The notes below the pieces were generated by a model. That model ran no database searches. It was not told the origin of the DNA and saw only the letters and a program-made list of their open reading frames with translations. From positions 1-41,156 of the IMG/VR virus record IMGVR_UViG_3300030330_005072: a DNA stretch of 41,156 nt. One strand, written 5' to 3'. This DNA is from a virus. Its lineage: Duplodnaviria > Caudoviricetes. Positions 7,387 through 17,510 of this stretch are shown here, piece after piece. Position 1 is the stretch's first letter; each line of letters begins with the position of its first letter. A program made the position numbers and the translations under genes.

Positions 7387-7406
7387 TGTAATATCTATTA
7401 AAGTAG
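7387..7406 (+). promoter_or_regulatory. putative late promoter TGTAATATCTATTAAAGTAG
   Basis: Same motif family as 1826, 21154 and 35071. Confidence 0.45.
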
Positions 7407-7413
7407 ATTATAC

Positions 7414-7441
7414 ATAAACTATAAACCATAAACAATAAACT
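7414..7441 (+). repeat. 4 x ATAAACN heptamer tandem repeat in a 5' leader
   Basis: ATAAACT ATAAACC ATAAACA ATAAACT. Confidence 0.7.
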
Positions 7442-7483
7442 TAGAATCAAAATCAATTAATTAATAATCAAAAAAATAATAAT

Positions 7484-7816
7484 ATGAATAACGAGACTAT
7501 TTTATTCTTTTCCGATGATGACATAGATGCTGGTACCGGTGTTGGAGCGTATAAAGCATCTAGATTTTTGGGTTTAGACCAAGTTGATGCGGATACAGTA
7601 GATTTTTATTTCAAAAATCAAGATTGGGAAGGAGGAGAGGAAAATTCAATAAGAGTTGATTTTTCTGGTGATTTTAAAGACTTAGCTATAGCGGTCGCAG
7701 GTGTAATTAATTCTAAAAAAGCTTTTGTAACAATGGCTGATTCACAAAACGGTGTTTATTTCTCATATCCAGGAGGAACATTAGTAGGTGATCCAGTATT
7801 GATTCAAACAGCGTAG
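7484..7816 (+). CDS. putative structural protein, tandem paralog 1 of 3
   Basis: N-terminal ILFF, acidic; similar layout to the next two ORFs. Confidence 0.7.
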   Translation: MNNETILFFSDDDIDAGTGVGAYKASRFLGLDQVDADTVDFYFKNQDWEGGEENSIRVDFSGDFKDLAIAVAGVINSKKAFVTMADSQNGVYFSYPGGTLVGDPVLIQTA

Positions 7817-7843
7817 TTATTAACTTTTTAAAAAAATAAGACA

Positions 7844-8152
7844 ATGAATAAGATGATACTTTTTAGAACAACTGCAACTGATGCTGTTATGTTTCCATTA
7901 TCAAGTTACTTGGGGACACTTCCAACTCAAGATGGTAGCTGTACTATGCACTTTGCTAAGATTGATAACGCTTTAGACACCTCAACGGTTGTAATGAATT
8001 TTACATCTGGAATGACAACTGAAGCTTTAGAAAGCTTACATAAAGCTTTAACTGCTAATCCTAAAAACGGAGTTATAGTTATTGGTGATGATGTTGATAC
8101 TGATTTTACTAACCTTGAGCATTTCACCAGCGTAGGTGCAATTACTCTATAA
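7844..8152 (+). CDS. putative structural protein, tandem paralog 2 of 3
   Basis: ILFR...P.SS..G...F...helix...I.I.D pattern. Confidence 0.7.
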   Translation: MNKMILFRTTATDAVMFPLSSYLGTLPTQDGSCTMHFAKIDNALDTSTVVMNFTSGMTTEALESLHKALTANPKNGVIVIGDDVDTDFTNLEHFTSVGAITL

Positions 8153-8164
8153 AATTAAACAATT

Positions 8165-8887
8165 ATGATAAACGACGTATATTTATATTTTTCGGACGAT
8201 TTTAATCCGATGGTAGCATCAACACAAACTGCTGACCAGTTGGTTACGATAGCTGATGGAGCTGCTTTTTTAAACATGCCCTCTACTGAAATAACACTAG
8301 CAAGGGCTCAAAATGGTGAAGGTTTTATGCACGCTGGTATGGCTAGGTTGACTTTAGATGCTGCTCATAACGATGGTTCTGGTGATGTACATTTATTTGG
8401 TACTCATTATGGAACTGTAGCTGATGACCAAGCTGATATTGAGGTACATCCTAATGCTATTCTTTATGCTGAAGGAACTGGTGACGGTGACTTCACAATT
8501 AGAACTGTAGACCAAGATCCTGTTTACGGCATAACACAAAGTTCAGATGCTGGTGAAAACGGTTTTAAATTAACACTTTTAAAACCATTTCTATCACATC
8601 AAGCTGTGGTAAAACCAGCTTCTACCTTGTGCAATGTTGTATCTGTTAACGCTACCTCAACTGATTTAACTTTTAAACCAACAACTGGAGATACTGGAGC
8701 TTTTGATAAAATAACAATTACTCACGGTACTAATAAAAACAAGGAACTCTGTGAGGCTTTAGCTGATATTATAACAGATCCAAGAAACCAAGGTAAGATG
8801 ATTAAATTTGCTGACGCATTTAATGAAAAATATTTTGGTAACAACGCAGCTGAAATGACTGGAGTAGCATTTACTCTTGATTCATAA
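8165..8887 (+). CDS. putative structural protein, tandem paralog 3 of 3, with about 130-aa insertion
   Basis: N-terminal YLYF; C-terminal ~95 aa (PAS..., TF, helix, I.FAD) resemble the two preceding ORFs. Confidence 0.7.
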   Translation: MINDVYLYFSDDFNPMVASTQTADQLVTIADGAAFLNMPSTEITLARAQNGEGFMHAGMARLTLDAAHNDGSGDVHLFGTHYGTVADDQADIEVHPNAILYAEGTGDGDFTIRTVDQDPVYGITQSSDAGENGFKLTLLKPFLSHQAVVKPASTLCNVVSVNATSTDLTFKPTTGDTGAFDKITITHGTNKNKELCEALADIITDPRNQGKMIKFADAFNEKYFGNNAAEMTGVAFTLDS

Positions 8888-9327
8888 TGCGATTAACAAG
8901 TCACGATTTACGTGATTTACAAATCCTTAAGTATTACAGGCTCGTTAGAAAATGGGCCTGTAAAACTTACGGGTTGACTGACGCAGATTTAGAACTTCTT
9001 ATTTACTTAGATTGTAAAGGAAGATTTACGCGTCAAGAATTTATCAACGGAACATATACTATGAGCTGGGATAAGAACCGTTGGGAGAAATTAAAGAGGA
9101 ATGGTTGGATAGAAACGTGGAGACATAGAAATAGAACAACCATCAAATACTCTGTATTCAAAACCTCTTTTAAATGCTCACACTTAATTAGTAGAATATA
9201 TCGAATATTATTAGGAGAGGAAGATATACCTACATCAGAAAAGAGTGTGTTTTTTAATAACAAGTCATACACCGATAAGGTAATGAATAAGTCTATCGAT
9301 GATATGATAAAAGATAATGAAAGATGA
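8887..9327 (+). CDS. putative winged-helix DNA-binding protein
   Basis: YGLTDADLELLIYL... resembles a MarR-like wHTH start; L.RNGWI recognition-helix/wing pattern. Confidence 0.55.
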   Translation: MRLTSHDLRDLQILKYYRLVRKWACKTYGLTDADLELLIYLDCKGRFTRQEFINGTYTMSWDKNRWEKLKRNGWIETWRHRNRTTIKYSVFKTSFKCSHLISRIYRILLGEEDIPTSEKSVFFNNKSYTDKVMNKSIDDMIKDNER

Positions 9328-9746
9328 TAGGAAAATTTATAGGTGGCTTATTCGGCAAAGTAGTAGAAAATGCAGAAGGAATACTTGATAAAGTTATTAC
9401 AACAGACAAAGAAAGAGATGAAGCAAAACTTGCTCTTAGAAAACTATTACTCGATGCAGAGACAGAAGCCTTTAAAAAAGAAGTCGAAGACAGAAAGAGC
9501 GCTAGAGATATGTACAAAGACGACGCAATTATTCAAAAAATACTTGCAACGTTATTTACAGTCGCGTACTTCGGTTTAAGTTTCATGATGTTTAGATACT
9601 TCGTATTAGGAGATATAGACATGGGTGAGTTTGAGATAAGTTTTGTCTCAACAATATTTGGTGCTATGAGCGCTAAAGTTAACACGGTAGTCGATTTCTT
9701 TTTCGGCGGATCGTCAAAAAAGAATGAACAACAAAATAATAAATAA
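9324..9746 (+). CDS. putative holin
   Basis: Amphipathic N-terminus, coiled segment EVEDRKSAR, two TM helices and terminal DFFFGGS, typical of phage 3TM/GTA-type holins. Confidence 0.7.
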   Translation: MIGKFIGGLFGKVVENAEGILDKVITTDKERDEAKLALRKLLLDAETEAFKKEVEDRKSARDMYKDDAIIQKILATLFTVAYFGLSFMMFRYFVLGDIDMGEFEISFVSTIFGAMSAKVNTVVDFFFGGSSKKNEQQNNK

Positions 9747-9760
9747 AAAGTAATAATAAA

Positions 9761-10471
9761 ATGGCAAAACAAGTTTCAAATGAAGTTTCTTATGGTTTTG
9801 GACAATTTGGTAGTGCTATAACAGATGGTACTGTATATCCAATTTATCCACCACCAGGATTAAAAATAGTAGCAATAACAGCTTTAGCAAACACAACATT
9901 TAATGCTATAGGTGGTTTAGTTGCTGATGATGACGAGAGTGGTACGCTAATAGATGCTGGTGGATATCGTTCTAAGTTTATAAATACAGAGAATGGTTCT
10001 CATATAAGTGGTCCAATACACGCATTAAATAACAACACTTTTAAAGGTCATAATAATAATGGTAATGTTGATCACGATACGGGAGAAATAACCTTGTCAG
10101 CGGCTGACGCTAGGATAAAGCCAGGTATGATAATAGAAAACCACATAATGTGTCCAAGAGATATAAAAAATCCTTATATAGTCAAAAGCTATGATGGTAC
10201 GTCAACAGCGGAAGCATTAGTTATAGCTAGAAGAAATAATCCAACAGTAGCTGTAGATCATGCTGGTGATATAGCTAGTGGTGATATGGCTACACAAGGT
10301 GTGCTTTCGTTTTATGAAGCAAACGCTTTTGAATCCCTGCAAGACACTCAGGGTCATGGTGGAGCAATAATGGACGCTTCAGATGAAATACCTAAGGGTC
10401 TTACGATATACGGTAGGTGGAATCAAGCTAAAATAGCTAGTGGTAGAATAATTTGTTACTTTGGTATATAA
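9761..10471 (+). CDS. putative virion structural protein (PKGLTIYGRW C-terminus)
   Basis: ORF track; beta-rich. Confidence 0.65.
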   Translation: MAKQVSNEVSYGFGQFGSAITDGTVYPIYPPPGLKIVAITALANTTFNAIGGLVADDDESGTLIDAGGYRSKFINTENGSHISGPIHALNNNTFKGHNNNGNVDHDTGEITLSAADARIKPGMIIENHIMCPRDIKNPYIVKSYDGTSTAEALVIARRNNPTVAVDHAGDIASGDMATQGVLSFYEANAFESLQDTQGHGGAIMDASDEIPKGLTIYGRWNQAKIASGRIICYFGI

Positions 10472-11307
10472 TGTTAGGACTATCAAGCGGTATACATTGT
10501 TCAACTGTTTTAGGAGAAGAGTTAATATACTCTGAAAATTTTGACTCTGGTTTCACTGTTAATACCGGTGCTTCTTCAAAAAGAGGCGAAGGATTTCAAC
10601 CAAGTGGAGTAAATATATCTATAAGTGGAAGTCCCACTAAAACCGTATATGCCGGAACTACTGATAGTAGTATAGCTTCTCAGAAAGGTTGGGTTTTCAC
10701 TTACGATAATACTAGTTCTTCTGCTACAGGCCCAAGAGGAGGTTTGTCTGATGCTAGTGGAAATGCTAATGATAGCAGTGATCATAGGTATTTGTTTTAC
10801 GAATCTAGCACTGGTGGAGCAAGTAACTCACTTATATATAGACAGTTATTTACTTTACCATCAATAGATCTTAGTAATTACACAGAATGTAGAGTTGAAT
10901 TTTTTTTCCACGCTTATGGAGCAGCTTTTGGTTATGGGAGTACAGGTCGTGGATTAGGTTTAGCTGCTACAACGTCTCAAACCTCTGCGTCTTCAGCCTC
11001 TGAAGCAGGAACTGGTTTGGGTTTTACTAGTGATACAGCCGGTGGAGCAGATATTGTTTACACCAACCCTATATCTCCAGCGGTTGTTACAACTAAAAGA
11101 GTAGGTAGTGACGGACAAGTCCAAACATCTGGGCATTCAGACGCATCAAATACAACTAATAACAGATGGATTAAAGCCACTGCTGATATAAGCGGGGCTT
11201 GCGGTGAAAGTGCGGTATACGTTCACTTTCTTTTTAGCACTACGACTCCAACTGAGTTTTACAAACAAGATATCGCAATAGATAGTATAGATATATACGC
11301 ACTTTAA
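10471..11307 (+). CDS. MAM-like domain virion/adhesion protein (starts MLGLSSG)
   Basis: TGP...DH.YLFYESS, LPSIDL...C.VEFFFHAYG, W.KAT.D.S and DIAIDSI match the MAM-domain pattern; ATG at 10471 overlaps the upstream stop. Confidence 0.65.
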   Translation: MLGLSSGIHCSTVLGEELIYSENFDSGFTVNTGASSKRGEGFQPSGVNISISGSPTKTVYAGTTDSSIASQKGWVFTYDNTSSSATGPRGGLSDASGNANDSSDHRYLFYESSTGGASNSLIYRQLFTLPSIDLSNYTECRVEFFFHAYGAAFGYGSTGRGLGLAATTSQTSASSASEAGTGLGFTSDTAGGADIVYTNPISPAVVTTKRVGSDGQVQTSGHSDASNTTNNRWIKATADISGACGESAVYVHFLFSTTTPTEFYKQDIAIDSIDIYAL

Positions 11308-11317
11308 AAAAGCAAAC

Positions 11318-11515
11318 ATGACTAAATGTGAAAAATGTAAAAATGGAACTATGCAAGAAGCGAAGTATATTTGCAGAGAAAATGATTATAGCATAGTAGA
11401 TTTAGATAACAACTTACTTAAAGTATTAGGAAGTCACGATCTAGATAGTGCCGACGATGAAGTTGGGTCTTTTAATAATGTGTATTACTGCTCTTGCGGT
11501 AAACACTGGAGTTAA
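11318..11515 (+). CDS. small Zn-ribbon-like protein (CEKC...CSCG)
   Basis: ORF track; Cys pattern. Confidence 0.6.
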   Translation: MTKCEKCKNGTMQEAKYICRENDYSIVDLDNNLLKVLGSHDLDSADDEVGSFNNVYYCSCGKHWS

Positions 11516-11537
11516 TAATTAAATAAAATTAAATAAA

Positions 11538-11840
11538 ATGGCAAAAACAAAAGAAAAAGAAATAACAAAAGAACAAATAAAATATGTTCACGGTAAAACC
11601 GAAAAAATATCTGAAGAACATTTAAAAGAGTTACAAGATGTTGTTAATAAAGTTAATACAGTTCAATTTAACGTAGGTAAAATAGAAGGTCAAAAACATA
11701 GATTACTTCATGACTTAGCTATACTAAACGACAATATATCTTTGTTACAAGATAAAATGACAAAAGAATACGGTACTTTTGATATAAATATAAATGATGG
11801 CACTATAAATTGGCCAAAAGAAGATAAAAATGAAAAATAA
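11538..11840 (+). CDS. hypothetical coiled-coil protein
   Basis: ORF track; heptad pattern and EYG...INI.DG.I end. Confidence 0.75.
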   Translation: MAKTKEKEITKEQIKYVHGKTEKISEEHLKELQDVVNKVNTVQFNVGKIEGQKHRLLHDLAILNDNISLLQDKMTKEYGTFDININDGTINWPKEDKNEK

Positions 11841-12054
11841 TATCATTAGGAAAATAACTATTGGTAAAGATTATAAAAATGACTCCATGCATTACTCTGT
11901 AGAGCAAGAGGTGTATGGAGGTCATACTATTTGTGATATAATTGAAGAAGAGGATAAATACTGCATTTATATAAAGAAAGAAAAGAATGTTATACCTTGG
12001 AAGGATTTTAATAAAAATATGGCTATATCAGTTGAGTATAACTTAGAATACTAA
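11830..12054 (+). CDS. hypothetical phage protein
   Basis: ORF track; translationally coupled on both sides. Confidence 0.8.
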   Translation: MKNNIIRKITIGKDYKNDSMHYSVEQEVYGGHTICDIIEEEDKYCIYIKKEKNVIPWKDFNKNMAISVEYNLEY

Positions 12055-12644
12055 TGAAAGCTTATAAAGACTTTGTAATATCACCAATAGGTAATCGTTA
12101 TAATAATTCTAAAAAAATTGAAGATAAAGAATTAATACTTAACACAGAGATGTTTAATCATCAATACGTGAATAGGAAAGCAATAGTAATCGCTACTCCA
12201 ATATTATTCCAATCACCCATTAATGTTGGTGATGAGGTGATAGTTCATCACAACGTATTTAGAAGATGGCACGACTTAAAAGGTAAAGAACAAAATAGTA
12301 GATCTTATTGGAAAGAAAATAAATACTTTGTTACTCAAGATCAAATATTTTTATACAACCAAAAAGCTATGCCTGGTTATAGTTTTGTTAAACCAATAAA
12401 ATCAACAAATCCACATCATTATAAGTTAAATCTAGATATTGAGAAACCACTAGTTGGTATTATAAAATACTCTGATGGTACGTATAATAAAGAAGAGTTG
12501 GTTGGTTTTACTCCAAATAGTGAGTATGAGTTTGTGATTGAAGGAGAAAGACTATATAGAGTTTTAAATAAATTTATTACAATTAAATATGAATATCAAG
12601 GAAACGAAGAAGAATATAATCCAAGCTGGGCACAAAGCGGTTGA
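12054..12644 (+). CDS. GroES-like protein, apparently two tandem GroES-fold repeats
   Basis: Repeat 1 FVISPI...AIVIATP...INVGDEVIV; repeat 2 YSFVKPI...VGIIKY...LVGF....EYEFVIEGERLYRV. Confidence 0.55.
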   Translation: MKAYKDFVISPIGNRYNNSKKIEDKELILNTEMFNHQYVNRKAIVIATPILFQSPINVGDEVIVHHNVFRRWHDLKGKEQNSRSYWKENKYFVTQDQIFLYNQKAMPGYSFVKPIKSTNPHHYKLNLDIEKPLVGIIKYSDGTYNKEELVGFTPNSEYEFVIEGERLYRVLNKFITIKYEYQGNEEEYNPSWAQSG

Positions 12645-12864
12645 GGAATTAATTAAAGTTGCTAGAGAAGAAATAGTTGATTCAGATGAGGATATATCAG
12701 CTGATAGATTAAAAAACGCAGCAGCTACAAAGAAATTAGCTATATTCGACGCGTTTGAAATATTAAACAGAATCCACGAAGAAGAGGCAATGCTCGAAGG
12801 TAAACCAATTGAGGAAGAAAAGAAAACAGCTTTTAAAGGATTTGCAGAAGGAAGATCAAAATAA
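12589..12864 (+). CDS. putative terminase small subunit
   Basis: Small helical ORF coupled directly upstream of TerL; position-based call. Confidence 0.5.
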   Translation: MNIKETKKNIIQAGHKAVEELIKVAREEIVDSDEDISADRLKNAAATKKLAIFDAFEILNRIHEEEAMLEGKPIEEEKKTAFKGFAEGRSK

Positions 12865-15098
12865 TGTACGAACAAACATTATACAAGGTTATAGAACCTA
12901 TAAAATTAAACACCATTAAGAGACTTAATAAGTCTAAAAAATGGGAGTATGGTTACAATAAGGAGAATGATGTAGTTGTAATATCAAAAACAGGTATGAT
13001 AGGTGAAGTACTTGATATACAGGGTTTAAAAATAGCTTTACCAAAAGAACCTAAAGAAGTTTACTCTTGTGGTAAAAACAAGGAAGAGCAAAAATGGAAA
13101 CAGTTTCCAGCTAATCCTGATTTTAAAAGAATTAAAACTGTATTTGATTGGCAAGAATACCCAGATGATTTTAAAGAAAAACATTATGGATATATAGACG
13201 AGGAGTTTAGAAGAAGAGAAGAGGGGTTTTGGTTTATGAACAACGGTAAACCAACGTATATAACAGGTACACACTATATGTACTTACAGTGGAGTAAGAT
13301 TGATGTTGGTGCTCCAGATTATAGAGAAGCTAATAGATTGTTCTTTATATTTTGGGAGGCTTGTAAAGCTGATAGAAGAAGTTATGGAATGTGTTATTTA
13401 AAAAACAGACGTTCTGGTTTTTCTTTTATGAGTTCTGCTGAAACAGTTAATCAGGCAACATTAGCGAGTGATAGTAGATTCGGTATATTATCTAAAACAG
13501 GTGCTGATGCAAAAAAGATGTTTACAGACAAAGTAGTACCTATAAGTTTAAATTATCCATTCTTCTTTAAACCAATACAAGACGGTATGGACCGACCAAA
13601 GTCCGAGCTCGCTTACAGGGTACCTGCTAAAAAATTTACTCGTAAAAAAATGAGGGAACGTGAAGAACAGGACGATATAGAAGGATTAGATACAACTATA
13701 GACTGGAAGAATACGGGTGATAATAGTTATGACGGTGAAAAACTTTCTTTATTAGTACACGATGAGTCTGGTAAATGGGAGAGACCTGATAACATAAAAA
13801 ATAACTGGAGAGTTACAAAAACTTGTTTACGACTAGGTAGTAGAATTATAGGTAAGTGCATGATGGGATCAACTTCCAACGCATTAGATAAAGGAGGAGA
13901 TAATTTTAAAAATTTATATAATGACTCAGATGTTACTAAGCGAAATAGAAATGGACAAACTAAGTCGGGATTATATTCTTTGTTTATTCCTATGGAATGG
14001 AATTACGAAGGGTTCATTGATGAATACGGACAACCTGTATTCAGTACTCCTAAAAAACAAACATTTGATCCACACGGAGTAGAGATAGATTGTGGTGTTA
14101 TAGATCACTGGGATAATGAAGCTGAAGGTTTAAAGGAAGACCAAGATGCTTTAAATGAGTTTTATCGTCAGTTTCCTAGAACAGAAGAACACGCATTTAG
14201 AGACGAAACTAAAAATAGTTTATTTAATCTTATAAAAATATACGAGCAAATAGACTACAATGAAGGAAATAAAAATTCGTCTATAATAACACCAGGGAAT
14301 TTTCAGTGGTCTAATGGGGTTAAAGATACTAAAGTAATATTTAATCCAGATCAAAATGGAAGATTTAAAGTAAGTTGGGTTCCAAACGGAAACTTACAGA
14401 ATAACGTTATAATTAAAAACGGAATAAAACATCCAGGTAATGAACACATGGGAGCTTTTGGTTGTGACTCATATGATATATCAGGAACAGTTGACGGTAC
14501 TGGATCAAAAGGTGCGCTACATGGATTAACTAAGTTTTCCATGGAAGACGCTCCAGCTAATACTTTCTTTTTAGAATATATAGCAAGACCACAAACAGCC
14601 GATATATTTTTTGAAGACGTTTTGATGGCATTAGTATTTTACGGAATGCCAATACTCGCAGAAAATAACAAGCCTAGACTATTATACCATTTAAGAAGAA
14701 GAGGATATAGAGGTTTTAGCATGAATAGACCAGATAAGGTATGGAATAAACTATCTGTTTCAGAAAAAGAGATTGGTGGAATACCTAACTCAAGTGAGGA
14801 TATAAAACAAGCTCATGCAGCTGCAATAGAAATGTATATCAATGACCACGTAGGATTAATAGAGGATGGAATTTACGGTAATATGTACTTTAATAATACT
14901 TTAAATGATTGGTCTAAGTTCGACATAACAAGAAGAACAAAACATGACGCTTCCATAAGTTCTGGTTTAGCAATAATGGCCTGCAATAGACATTTATATA
15001 GACCTAATCCAGATAAAAACAAAAAGCCAGTTAGTTTAACTGTAGCTAAATATAACAACAAAGGATTTCAATCAACAATAATAAAACAAAAAGCATGA
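12864..15098 (+). CDS. terL: terminase large subunit
   Basis: Walker A-like KNRRSGFS, Walker B LLVHDESGK, motif III GST, nuclease FGCDSYD...HDA. Confidence 0.92.
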   Translation: MYEQTLYKVIEPIKLNTIKRLNKSKKWEYGYNKENDVVVISKTGMIGEVLDIQGLKIALPKEPKEVYSCGKNKEEQKWKQFPANPDFKRIKTVFDWQEYPDDFKEKHYGYIDEEFRRREEGFWFMNNGKPTYITGTHYMYLQWSKIDVGAPDYREANRLFFIFWEACKADRRSYGMCYLKNRRSGFSFMSSAETVNQATLASDSRFGILSKTGADAKKMFTDKVVPISLNYPFFFKPIQDGMDRPKSELAYRVPAKKFTRKKMREREEQDDIEGLDTTIDWKNTGDNSYDGEKLSLLVHDESGKWERPDNIKNNWRVTKTCLRLGSRIIGKCMMGSTSNALDKGGDNFKNLYNDSDVTKRNRNGQTKSGLYSLFIPMEWNYEGFIDEYGQPVFSTPKKQTFDPHGVEIDCGVIDHWDNEAEGLKEDQDALNEFYRQFPRTEEHAFRDETKNSLFNLIKIYEQIDYNEGNKNSSIITPGNFQWSNGVKDTKVIFNPDQNGRFKVSWVPNGNLQNNVIIKNGIKHPGNEHMGAFGCDSYDISGTVDGTGSKGALHGLTKFSMEDAPANTFFLEYIARPQTADIFFEDVLMALVFYGMPILAENNKPRLLYHLRRRGYRGFSMNRPDKVWNKLSVSEKEIGGIPNSSEDIKQAHAAAIEMYINDHVGLIEDGIYGNMYFNNTLNDWSKFDITRRTKHDASISSGLAIMACNRHLYRPNPDKNKKPVSLTVAKYNNKGFQSTIIKQKA

Positions 15099-17476
15099 TA
15101 GATACTTGGGTAAATTTTCCATCTCAGGCTGTTAGTGACGCTGAAAAACTCAGCGAAGAATACGGTTTAAAAGTAGCTAAAGCTATAAGACAAGAATGGT
15201 TTTCTGGAAACAACAAAAAGTTCGAAGGAAATATAAATACTTTTAGAAAATTAAGATTGTATGCTAGAGGTGAACAATCTGTTCAAAAATATAAGAATGA
15301 ATTATCTATAAATGGTGATTTATCTTATTTAAACTTAGATTGGAAACCGGTGCCAATTATTCCTAAATTTGTAGATATAGTAGTTAATGGAATGGCACAA
15401 AGATCTTATGAGATAAACTGTTTTTCACAAGACGAATACGGTGTTAGTAAGAGAACTGAATTCATGGAGTCTATTCTTAGAGATATGCGTTCTAGAGAAT
15501 ATACTGACTTAGCTAGACAACAATTTAATATGGATCTTTACGAGAATGATCCTAAAACACTACCTGATTCCGAGGAGGAATTAAAACTTCACATGCAACT
15601 TAATTATAAGCAAGCTGTTGAATTAGCTGAAGAACAAGCTATAAACGTTTTAATGGAAGGTAGTAATTACGACCTTATAAGAAGAAGAGCGTTGTATGAC
15701 ATAGCTACAATAGGTATTGGTGCTACTAAAACAACTTTTGATTTTAGCGAAGGAGCTAAAGTTGAATATGTCGATCCAGTAAACCTAGTATACTCTTATA
15801 CTGATTCACCTTATTTTGACGACTTATATTACGTTGGTGAAGTAAAAGAACTTCCTATAAACGAATTGGTAAAAGAGTTTCCAGATTTAACTGAAGAAGA
15901 AATAAAACAAATAACAGATAAGTCTAGCGATCCACTAAAACACACTCCAACTAGAGACAAAAACAAGGTCCACGTTTTATATTTTAATTATAAAACACAC
16001 ATGAACAATGTATATAAATTAAAAAAGATGGGTTCTGGTGGTGAAAAAATTATTGAAAAAGACGATAGCTTTAATCCACCTCAAGACATGGATGGAGATT
16101 TTAGCAAACTAGAAAGAGTGGTTGAATGTTTATACGAGGGAGTTTACGTTTTAGGTTCTAATAAGTTATTAAGATGGAGAATGCAACCAAATATGATGAG
16201 ATCTCAGTCTGATTTTAGCAGGGTTAAAATGAACTACCAAATAGTAGCTCCAAGAATATATGAAGGAAAAATAGAATCCTTAGTTGGTAGAATAACTGGT
16301 TTTGCTGACATGATTCAATTAACTCATCTCAAGTTACAGCAGGTAATGTCAAGAATGGTTCCAGATGGTGTTTATTTAGATGCTGATGGTTTAGCTGAAA
16401 TAGATTTAGGTAATGGAACAAACTACAATCCACAGGAAGCTTTAAATATGTTCTTCCAAACTGGTAGTGTTATTGGTAGAAGCTTCACGTCTGAAGGAGA
16501 TCCCAATCCAGGTAAAATACCTATACAGCAAATACAAAATGGTGCAGGTGGTAATAAATTACAAAGTTTAATTACAACTTATAATTACTATTTACAAATG
16601 ATAAGAGATGTTACCGGGTTGAACGAAGCTAGAGATGCTAGTACACCAGATCGTAACGCTTTGGTTGGAGTTCAAAAACTAGCTGCTGCTAATTCAAATA
16701 CAGCAACAAGGCATATACTACAATCTATGTTATATCTAACCGCTGAAGCCGCAGAATGTTTGTCTTTAAGAATAGCCGATATAGTGGAGTACTCACCTAC
16801 TAAAGAAGCTTTTATACAAGCTATAGGTGCTCATAATGTTGCTACATTAAACGAAATATCAGAGTTGCATTTGTATGATTTTGGTATATTTATAGAATTA
16901 CTACCAGATGAAGAAGAAAAACAAATATTAGAAAACAACATACAGGTAGCATTAGGACAACAAATGATAGACTTGGATGATGCTATTGATTTACGTGAAA
17001 TAAGAAATTTAAAACTAGCAAATCAATTGTTAAAAGTTAAAAGAAGAAAGAAATTAGAAAGAGATCAATTACTGCAAAAACAAAACATGCAGGCTCAAGC
17101 TGACGCTAACTCTCAAACAACTCAAGCTGCAGCTCAAGCTGAAATGGAGAAAAACAAATCTAAAACAGAATCTGAAACTGAATTAGAAACTAGAAGAAAT
17201 GAATTAAAGATTCAATATTTACAACAAGAAGCGCAAGTTAAAAAAGAACTAATGGCTTTTGAGTTTGAATTAAACTCTAGATTAAAAGCCGCTGAAGCGG
17301 AGAATTTTAATATAAGAGAGTTTATGAGGGAAGATAGAAAAGATCAAAGAGTTGACAGACAAGCGGCTCACCAAAAAGATATGATACAGCAAAGAAAAGG
17401 GGGTGAATCTGTTAAAAGATTTGAATCTTCAGGTAATGATATAATTACGGGAGGAGCAGGTATTGATAAGTTTTAA
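15095..17476 (+). CDS. portal protein
   Basis: 793 aa after TerL; PIIPKFVDIVV, RDVTGLNEAR and a C-terminal Gln-rich coiled barrel, as in P22/crAss-type portals. Confidence 0.85.
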   Translation: MIDTWVNFPSQAVSDAEKLSEEYGLKVAKAIRQEWFSGNNKKFEGNINTFRKLRLYARGEQSVQKYKNELSINGDLSYLNLDWKPVPIIPKFVDIVVNGMAQRSYEINCFSQDEYGVSKRTEFMESILRDMRSREYTDLARQQFNMDLYENDPKTLPDSEEELKLHMQLNYKQAVELAEEQAINVLMEGSNYDLIRRRALYDIATIGIGATKTTFDFSEGAKVEYVDPVNLVYSYTDSPYFDDLYYVGEVKELPINELVKEFPDLTEEEIKQITDKSSDPLKHTPTRDKNKVHVLYFNYKTHMNNVYKLKKMGSGGEKIIEKDDSFNPPQDMDGDFSKLERVVECLYEGVYVLGSNKLLRWRMQPNMMRSQSDFSRVKMNYQIVAPRIYEGKIESLVGRITGFADMIQLTHLKLQQVMSRMVPDGVYLDADGLAEIDLGNGTNYNPQEALNMFFQTGSVIGRSFTSEGDPNPGKIPIQQIQNGAGGNKLQSLITTYNYYLQMIRDVTGLNEARDASTPDRNALVGVQKLAAANSNTATRHILQSMLYLTAEAAECLSLRIADIVEYSPTKEAFIQAIGAHNVATLNEISELHLYDFGIFIELLPDEEEKQILENNIQVALGQQMIDLDDAIDLREIRNLKLANQLLKVKRRKKLERDQLLQKQNMQAQADANSQTTQAAAQAEMEKNKSKTESETELETRRNELKIQYLQQEAQVKKELMAFEFELNSRLKAAEAENFNIREFMREDRKDQRVDRQAAHQKDMIQQRKGGESVKRFESSGNDIITGGAGIDKF

Positions 17477-17510
17477 TACCCTATTATTTAATATTTTATA
17501 AAATTTTATT

